Source of the DNA: Trueperaceae bacterium | Lineage (GTDB): Bacteria; Deinococcota; Deinococci; Deinococcales; Trueperaceae | Reading direction: 5' to 3' | Length of the DNA stretch: 64,000 nt | NCBI GenBank assembly: GCA_035703635.1 | Contig: DASSXV010000004.1 | Span: forward strand, 1 to 64,000 | In this document: one piece after another, positions 57,793 to 64,000 of the stretch | Position numbering within the stretch: the first letter of the stretch is position 1 | Layout: every line of letters starts with the position of its first letter | The notes under the pieces: generated by a model | What the model was told of the DNA's origin: nothing | The model's input: the letters and a program-made list of their open reading frames with translations, nothing else | Database searches by the model: none | Made by a program: the position numbers and the translations under genes

Positions 57793-58478
57793 GGGGCCGA
57801 CCCTAGGAGTGGGTCGTAGAGGCGCAGGACCCCAGCGCTCAGTTCGAGCACGGCGTCCGGCCCTAGGTGATCGCGGTCGGACTCGTGAGACGCCATGAAC
57901 ACCGTGCGGCCCCTCGCCTTGGCGCCGGACACGCACTCGTCCATGAGGCTCTTGCCCGCGTCGTCAAGCGCGGCGTACGGCTCGTCGAGGAGCCAGAGTT
58001 CCGGGTCGAGGAGCAGCAGGCGCGCCAGGCCGAGGCGCTTCTTCATGCCGCTTGAGTACGTCCGCACGAGCTTGTTCGCGGCCGCCGTCAGGCCAACGGC
58101 GGCGAGGGCAGCGTCGAGTGCCCCTGCCGCGGCGCCGCCAGCGCCCGGCGTGAGCTTGATGGCCAGCTCGAGGTTCTCGCGGGCGTCGAGCATGGGGAAG
58201 CTGCCACCGGTGACGTTGAGCAGACCGAGCCTGGCGCGCGCGGCGCCGCCCGCCCGCGGCAACTCATGCCCGAACACGAACGCCTGCCCGCTAGTTGGGC
58301 GCAAGCGCGTCGCCAGCAGCCTCAAGAGCGTGGTCTTGCCCGTGCCGTTCGCGCCACGCAGCACCACGAGCTTGCCTGGCGCTATCTCGAGGTTCACCCC
58401 GCGCAGTACGAAGTCGCGGCCCATGCGGCGCGTGACGTCGCGCAGCTCTATGGCGAGCGGCGGGGGCGCGGAACTCAT
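57789..58478 (-). CDS. ccmA: Heme ABC exporter ATPase CcmA
   Basis: GANGTGKT, YSSGMKKR, LWLLDEP and ASH. ATG 58478 overlaps the ccdA stop. Confidence 0.9.
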   Translation of the reverse strand: MSSAPPPLAIELRDVTRRMGRDFVLRGVNLEIAPGKLVVLRGANGTGKTTLLRLLATRLRPTSGQAFVFGHELPRAGGAARARLGLLNVTGGSFPMLDARENLELAIKLTPGAGGAAAGALDAALAAVGLTAAANKLVRTYSSGMKKRLGLARLLLLDPELWLLDEPYAALDDAGKSLMDECVSGAKARGRTVFMASHESDRDHLGPDAVLELSAGVLRLYDPLLGSAP

Positions 58479-59188
58479 AGGTGGTCGAGGAGCCAAGTTG
58501 GAGTGACGTTGATGAGCATGGCGTTCAGCGTCGTGTAGGTTCCGGTGACCATTAGGACGCCAGCGATGAGCAGGATGACGCCAGAGGCGCGTTCGATCCA
58601 GGGCAGGTAGCGGCGGAAGCCCTTGGAGAAGCGCATGAACGGCTCGAGCAGTAACGCAGCCAACAGGAACGGCACCCCGAGGCCGAGGGCGTAGATGGCT
58701 AGCAGGCCGACGCCCGCACTAAGTGTTCCTGCAGCGCTCGCCATGGTGAGGATGGCGCCAAGGATCGGCCCGATGCACGGCGTCCAGCCAGCCGCGAACG
58801 CCATGCCGAGGAGGAGGGCGCCGATCGGCGTGCGCGTCTCGCCCGAGTACTGCACGCGCGTGTCGCGGTAGAGCCACGGGAGCTTGATGATGCCGAGCAT
58901 CACTAACCCGAAGACGATGACGAGGATGCCGCCGCCGAGCATCAGTATGCGCTGGTTGCTGCGCAGCACGGCACCTAGGGCGCTTGCGCCCGCGCCGAGC
59001 GCGATGAACACGAGCGAGAAGCCAGCGATGAACGCGAGGGCGTTACGTATGAGCACCACGCGCTTGGCGTCTGCGCTGCCGCCGACGTAAGCCAAGTAGG
59101 TGGGGACTAACGGCAGGACGCAGGGGGAGAGGAACGAGAGGATGCCCCCGACGAACGCCAACCCGATGCTCGGCGTCACCACGGGCAA
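58475..59188 (-). CDS. ccdA: Cytochrome c biogenesis protein CcdA
   Basis: SFLSPCVLPLVP and GWTPCIGPILG. Confidence 0.95.
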   Translation of the reverse strand: MPVVTPSIGLAFVGGILSFLSPCVLPLVPTYLAYVGGSADAKRVVLIRNALAFIAGFSLVFIALGAGASALGAVLRSNQRILMLGGGILVIVFGLVMLGIIKLPWLYRDTRVQYSGETRTPIGALLLGMAFAAGWTPCIGPILGAILTMASAAGTLSAGVGLLAIYALGLGVPFLLAALLLEPFMRFSKGFRRYLPWIERASGVILLIAGVLMVTGTYTTLNAMLINVTPTWLLDHL

Positions 59189-59397
59189 CGCCGTCCCGCT
59201 CGCGCGGTCGACGACCGCCGGGCCATGAGAGCTGGGATGGGGAGAGGGTTATCGACCATGCTTGCCTTCGCGATGATACGTGACCCCAGCGCACGGGGAG
59301 CAGGACATTGTTACCTGGACCGCGGCAAGGCGGTAACATGTGCGCCTGACTTTCCGGACCGAACGGCGACGGCCGCGGTCACCAGTAGGAGGCGCCG

Positions 59398-60438
59398 ATG
59401 ACGAAACGCATCACTAGACTGCTCTTGGCAGTAGCTACGGCAATGGTCGCACTTGGCTTCGCGAACGCGCAGGACACGCACGGCGTCTCGCCGCTCGAGC
59501 CGGCCCAGTCCGTCAAGGTGGCATACGTGCCGATCCTCAAGTTCGCAACCCTGTACGTCGCTCAGGACCGCGGGCTTTTCGAGCGTTACGGCTTGAACGT
59601 CCAACTCGAGTCCGTCGCCTCTGGCACCGAGGCCATCGCGTTCCTCGAGCAGGGCCAGATCGACGTTGGCGGCATCGCCATCGTCACCTCGCTCTGGAAC
59701 GGCTGGAACCAGGGAATCGACGTGCGCGTCTTCGCGCCAGGCGGCCTCGAGCCGTTCGTCGACAGCCCCACCAAGGTCCTCGTCCGCAAGGACCTCTACG
59801 ACTCCGGGGCAGTGACCTCGGCGGCCGACCTGGCTGGCCGCACGGTTGCGTTCGCCGGTGGCCCGGGCAGCGGTGGCGAGTACCTCACCGCCAAGGCGCT
59901 CGAGCCAGCGGGCCTTACCATCCGTGACGTCGAGATCATCTCGCTAGGTAACGCCGACATCCCCGCCGCCTTCGAGAACGGCTCCATCGACGCTGCCCTG
60001 CTCGGCTCACCGTACGCCGACCAGGTGGAGGCGGCGGGCACCGCGGTGGCCGTTGCAACTGACTTGGTTCCTGGCCTCATGACGGTCGCGTTCGTTGGCT
60101 CCGGCAAGTTCTTGAACGAGAGGCCGGAGGTCGCCAAGCGTTTCGCGCTTGCTCTCCTCGACGCCGCGCGCCTCATGCAGGGTGACGACTACCTGGCGCC
60201 CGAGAACATCGCCGCCTACCTCCACTACGTCAACTCGACGGAGGAAGCCGTCCGCACCGGCACGCCGGTGCTGTACGACCCGAACTTGGCCATCCCCGTC
60301 GACGGGTTGGCCGACGTCGAGCGCGTGCACCGCGAGAACGGCCGCACCGAGTACGACACGCCCATCGACCTGACCAAGGTCATCACGACCGAGTTCGCCG
60401 ATTGGGCCCTCGAAGCCGCAGGTCCATACCAGCAGTGA
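59398..60438 (+). CDS. ABC substrate-binding protein, SsuA/THI5 family
   Basis: Signal peptide ANA-Q, LYVAQDRGLF..GL.V, DLAGRTVA and GSIDAA. SD AGGAGG. Confidence 0.92.
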   Translation: MTKRITRLLLAVATAMVALGFANAQDTHGVSPLEPAQSVKVAYVPILKFATLYVAQDRGLFERYGLNVQLESVASGTEAIAFLEQGQIDVGGIAIVTSLWNGWNQGIDVRVFAPGGLEPFVDSPTKVLVRKDLYDSGAVTSAADLAGRTVAFAGGPGSGGEYLTAKALEPAGLTIRDVEIISLGNADIPAAFENGSIDAALLGSPYADQVEAAGTAVAVATDLVPGLMTVAFVGSGKFLNERPEVAKRFALALLDAARLMQGDDYLAPENIAAYLHYVNSTEEAVRTGTPVLYDPNLAIPVDGLADVERVHRENGRTEYDTPIDLTKVITTEFADWALEAAGPYQQ

Positions 60439-60459
60439 GGCACGCCCACTAGTGCAGCG

Positions 60460-61242
60460 ATGGTCATGAAGATCGTCGCCCGCAGCGCAGGCAAGTCCTA
60501 CCCCTCGAAGGCCGGCACGGTTACGGCCCTCGAGGGGTTCGACCTAACGGTTGGCGAGGGGGAGTTCGTATGCCTCGTTGGGCCGTCCGGCTGCGGGAAG
60601 TCGACCTTCCTGCGCATCCTGGCGGGACTTGACGACCTCACTTCTGGCGAGGCGTACATCGTGCCAGGCGCCGACCCGCGCAAACCCCTCAACAACGTCG
60701 TCTTCCAGGAGTACGCGGTGTTCCCCTGGAAGACGGTCTTAGACAACGTGGCGTTCGGCCTGCAGATGCGCGGCATCGGCAAGGCGGAGCGCTACGAAGT
60801 CGCCGAGCGCTGGCTCTCGAAGGTCGGGCTCAAGCGCTTCATGCATTACTACCCGTCGCAGATCTCGGGTGGCATGAAGCAGCGCGTCTCGATCGCGAGG
60901 GCGCTTGCGAACGATCCCGAAGTGCTGTTGATGGACGAGCCGTTGGGCGCGCTTGACGCCCAGACGCGCGCCGTGCTGCAAGAAGAACTCCTTCGCATCT
61001 GGGAGGAGACCAAGAAGACGGTGCTGTACGTGACTCACTCGATCGAGGAAGCCGTGCTGCTCGGCGACCGCGTGGTGCTGATGACCGCGCACCCAGGCAC
61101 CAAGAAGTCCGAGTTCGAGGTGGACTTGCCGCGGCCGCGCGACCTAGCGACGACCTCGACGGCGCGCTTCGGGGAGCTGACTGGCGCCATCTGGGACGAC
61201 TTGCGCGACGAGGTACGCAGGGCCATGGAGGCCCAGGCGTGA
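60460..61242 (+). CDS. ABC ATP-binding protein, SsuB/TauB type
   Basis: GPSGCGKS, ISGGMKQR, MDEPLGALD and VTHSIEEA. Confidence 0.96.
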   Translation: MVMKIVARSAGKSYPSKAGTVTALEGFDLTVGEGEFVCLVGPSGCGKSTFLRILAGLDDLTSGEAYIVPGADPRKPLNNVVFQEYAVFPWKTVLDNVAFGLQMRGIGKAERYEVAERWLSKVGLKRFMHYYPSQISGGMKQRVSIARALANDPEVLLMDEPLGALDAQTRAVLQEELLRIWEETKKTVLYVTHSIEEAVLLGDRVVLMTAHPGTKKSEFEVDLPRPRDLATTSTARFGELTGAIWDDLRDEVRRAMEAQA

Positions 61243-62291
61243 GCGCCGTAACCAAGGTCCGCGACATGAAGCGCAAGCCGGGTGCCGCCGAGTGGCTCGT
61301 CCCGCTCGTCGGCCTCGCCGTGCTGTTGGCTGGCGCCCAGCTGCTCGACTTGTGGGGCAGTTGGTGGTGGGCCGTGCTCGGCGCGGCATTCGTGCTGGTC
61401 GTGCTGCTGGCGGAGGTGGCCGCTCGGCGGCTACCTTTCAGGCTGCAGGGGCCTTACGAGCGGGTGCTCGCCTGGCTCTTCCCCGTGCTCGTCTTGGCCG
61501 CGTGGGAGTGGCTGAGCACGAGCGGCGTCCTCAACCCGCGCTGGTTCCCTCCGCCTTCGCGCATCGCTGGCGCGCTCTGGGACCTGACCGTCAACTACGA
61601 CCGCTTCTCCGGCACGTCGTTACTCGGTCGTCCGTGGCTCATCCCGGCGCGTCTAGCGTCTGATGGTTGGGCAGGCGTTGCCGCGCTGTTCAGCGAGAGC
61701 CACGTGTGGGCGACGCTCTCGCGCGTGATAGTCGGCTTCGCGATCGGCGCCGTGCCCGCACTGCTCGTCGGCATCGTCATGGGCCTCAACCGCACGGTGC
61801 GCACCATGCTGGACGCGACCATGTCCGCCATCTACGTGCTGCCGAAGATCGCCATCTTCCCGATCCTCATGCTCGTGTTCCCCGACCCGTTCGGGGAGGG
61901 TCCGAAAGTCACGGTCGTCGCCATCTCGGCCTTCTTCCTCGTGGCGCTTTCGACCATGGCCGGGGTGCAGGGGATCGACAAGGTCCTCGTGCAGGCAGGC
62001 AGCAACTTCGGGGCCAACCGCTGGCAGATGCTCAGGCACGTCATCTTGCCTGGCGCGCTCCCCATCGTCTTCAACGGGCTGCGCCTAGCGCTTGGAACGG
62101 CGCTCGTCGTCATCGTCGCCGTCGAGTTCGTGCGGGCCAAGACCGGCGTTGGCTACCTCGTCTACTACCACTGGCAGGTCCTCAGCACCCCGAAGATGTA
62201 CGCGGCCCTGCTCGTCGTGATGGTGCTTGGCGTTGGGCTTACGGCGCTACTGCAACTCGTCGAGCGCCTCGTCATGCCGTGGAAGCGCTAA
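61239..62291 (+). CDS. ABC permease, SsuC/TauC type, with extra N-terminal TMs
   Basis: FPPPS, LPKIAIFP, FGA.RWQ..HVILPGALP and VAVEF. Confidence 0.92.
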   Translation: MSAVTKVRDMKRKPGAAEWLVPLVGLAVLLAGAQLLDLWGSWWWAVLGAAFVLVVLLAEVAARRLPFRLQGPYERVLAWLFPVLVLAAWEWLSTSGVLNPRWFPPPSRIAGALWDLTVNYDRFSGTSLLGRPWLIPARLASDGWAGVAALFSESHVWATLSRVIVGFAIGAVPALLVGIVMGLNRTVRTMLDATMSAIYVLPKIAIFPILMLVFPDPFGEGPKVTVVAISAFFLVALSTMAGVQGIDKVLVQAGSNFGANRWQMLRHVILPGALPIVFNGLRLALGTALVVIVAVEFVRAKTGVGYLVYYHWQVLSTPKMYAALLVVMVLGVGLTALLQLVERLVMPWKR

Positions 62292-63376
62292 GAGTCGCGG
62301 CGCGACCGCAGTAGGGCGCCGCCGACGAGGGCGCCGACGGCCATGCGCAAGTAGTAGGTGAGTAGACGCCAGGCGAGGATGGCTGCCGCTACTCCAGCCT
62401 CTGCCTTCTTGGCGTCGTCGGTCGCGGCCACCAACCCGGCAGCGCCGACGGCGCCGCCGAACCCCTCAGCGTTCGTGCTTGGCTCGGCCGGCGCTATCGG
62501 CATGTCGACGCGCCCGGCGCTTGGCGAGTTGAGGCGCATGAGGCTGGCGGTGCCGACCTCGAGGAGGCCGGTGCCGCCTGGGGTGGGGAAGAGCGATGAC
62601 GCTACGGTCGGCACTTGAGCGCTCGCCATGGCCACGAGCGGCGTCGTGGCTGGGCGCATGGCAACGACCACCACGAAGAACGTGAAGTACGTCGTGAAAT
62701 AGACGGTGAACGACGTGAGATGCAGTAGGACGTGGTGGTACCAGGGCGCCGGCTTGAGGTTGGCGCTCGTGACGTTGAGGCGTTCCAGGAACCCTTGGAG
62801 CCGAGCGCGCCACCGGCGAATGCCTGGCAGTTTCGTCAACCAGGCGGCGGCGCTGATCAGCCAGCGCAACCTGAACAGGAGTAGCGCAACCATCAGCCCG
62901 GCGCCGAGGAACACGGCTCCGGCGATAAGTTCCGGCTTGGCGCCAGACAAGAGCCGCGTGGCACGGCCGAGGACCAGAATGCTGAGCGGCAGGGACCACG
63001 CTAGGAAGACGAGGTCCAAGATCCACACGCGCACGTTTATGGTCCAGGCAGTAGCTGCGCTCATTCCACCGCGCACGAGCGAGAGGGCGACCGCTGGCGC
63101 CTGCCCTGCGCTACCTGGCGTCAACGCGGCCATGAGGAGGCCGACCGCGTACGCGCGCAGGGCGGGTATGAAGCCGAGGTTCTCGCCTGCGCGGCGCGCG
63201 AGGATCACCAGTCGCAAGGCGCCGGCGGCGTAGCCGACTGCTGCAAGTCCGAGCCCGGCGGCATATGCCCACGTTGGCACCGTCCAGGCGGTCGATAGGT
63301 TCTCGCCGAGGAGCCAGAACGAGAAGATGAGGCCGACTATCCCTAGCCCTACGGCGATCAGTGCGGCCTTAAGCAC
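62288..63376 (-). CDS. Lysylphosphatidylglycerol-synthase TM / flippase-like (UPF0104) membrane protein
   Basis: LTPGSAGQ, PTPGGTG..E and AWRLLTYY in a multi-TM protein. Confidence 0.85.
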   Translation of the reverse strand: MLKAALIAVGLGIVGLIFSFWLLGENLSTAWTVPTWAYAAGLGLAAVGYAAGALRLVILARRAGENLGFIPALRAYAVGLLMAALTPGSAGQAPAVALSLVRGGMSAATAWTINVRVWILDLVFLAWSLPLSILVLGRATRLLSGAKPELIAGAVFLGAGLMVALLLFRLRWLISAAAWLTKLPGIRRWRARLQGFLERLNVTSANLKPAPWYHHVLLHLTSFTVYFTTYFTFFVVVVAMRPATTPLVAMASAQVPTVASSLFPTPGGTGLLEVGTASLMRLNSPSAGRVDMPIAPAEPSTNAEGFGGAVGAAGLVAATDDAKKAEAGVAAAILAWRLLTYYLRMAVGALVGGALLRSRRDS

Positions 63377-63382
63377 CTAGTC

Positions 63383-64000
63383 CTACGCTTCTACGCGGTT
63401 CTTGCCGAGGCGTTTCGCTTCATAGAGGCGCGAGTCCGCCCGCATCAGCAGTGAGGCCTCGTCGTCATACGGGTCGGCGGTGGCCAAGCCAACACTCGCG
63501 GTGATGGCAATACCGTGCGCCTCCAAGGTTCGCGAAGCGACGGCCTCCAGCACCTTGTTCCCTACGCTCGAAGCGCCCGCCACGTCCGTTTCGGGCAGGA
63601 GCACGACGAACTCCTCGCCCCCAATGCGCGCAACCATGTCGATCTCGCGGGTGCACGCAAGCATCGCCTCGGCCGCGGCCCTCAGGATGCCGTCTCCGAC
63701 GACGTGCGTGTAGGTGTCGTTCACGCGCTTGAAGTCGTCCAGGTCGACCATCAACAGGCTAAGAGGCCTGTCGAGGCGCTTGGAGCGCAGGAGTTCGGCT
63801 GATAACCGCTCCTCGAAGGCGCGGCGGTTGGCGAGGCCCGTGAGGTCGTCCGTGCGCGTGAGGCGCTGCAGGCGTGCCGCTTGCGCCTCGAGTCGCTCAT
63901 GCAGCTCGCGGAGGTCAGCGTACGCGCGGGCCAACTCGACGTTGCGTAAGCGGTCGATCTCGCGGTCCTTACGAACGCGCTCGAGGTCGAGCTGCACCTG
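63383..64000 (-). CDS. Diguanylate cyclase (GGDEF), N-terminus outside the window
   Basis: D.LTGLANRR, DLDDFKRVND, I-site RxxD (REID), GGEEF and AD..LY.AK..GKN. The frame is open to the window edge. Confidence 0.95.
   Translation of the reverse strand, partial: QVQLDLERVRKDREIDRLRNVELARAYADLRELHERLEAQAARLQRLTRTDDLTGLANRRAFEERLSAELLRSKRLDRPLSLLMVDLDDFKRVNDTYTHVVGDGILRAAAEAMLACTREIDMVARIGGEEFVVLLPETDVAGASSVGNKVLEAVASRTLEAHGIAITASVGLATADPYDDEASLLMRADSRLYEAKRLGKNRVEA

Noticed and set aside
59189-59397. TPP riboswitch ahead of the SsuA/THI5-like binding protein
   Set aside because: The conserved CUGAGA and CCUGA..GGGA elements are not present in riboswitch arrangement.

Overview
This is a GC-rich, gene-dense chromosomal window of about 61 CDSs, with no CRISPR array, tRNA/rRNA or mobile element that I can see. 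It most likely comes from a Deinococcota bacterium, probably Trueperaceae-like. The pointers are a GlnRS with a C-terminal Yqey/GatB domain, a short EF-Ts, a Zn-finger-less DnaJ in dnaK-grpE-dnaJ, a compact AddAB, many leaderless genes and signal peptides ending in A-x-A-Q. In order it holds: an acidic protein with an ABC-2 pair facing a SsuA-type importer whose binding protein resembles the PQQ-binding PqqT; a GDPD; a CoA-transferase; a LexA-like repressor divergent from a Crp regulator and nfuA; nucleoside and peptide ABC systems; dnaK-grpE-dnaJ; addBA with a convergent uncharacterised nuclease; a cold-shock protein with an RGG tail; nagA; glnS; rpsB-tsf-pyrH-frr-cdsA; ctaA-ctaB-surf1; tal; a full ccdA-ccm operon ending in a TPR-cytochrome c fusion and an orphan Rieske protein; a second SsuA-type importer; and a partial GGDEF gene. 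The best leads are a probable PQQ (possibly lanthanide) uptake locus at 1-5036, a candidate new LexA box (CCTTA-N5-TAAGG), an AddAB with an apparently dead AddB nuclease, and the Ccm-linked cytochrome c/Rieske module. All family calls come from motif recognition by eye; no database search was run.
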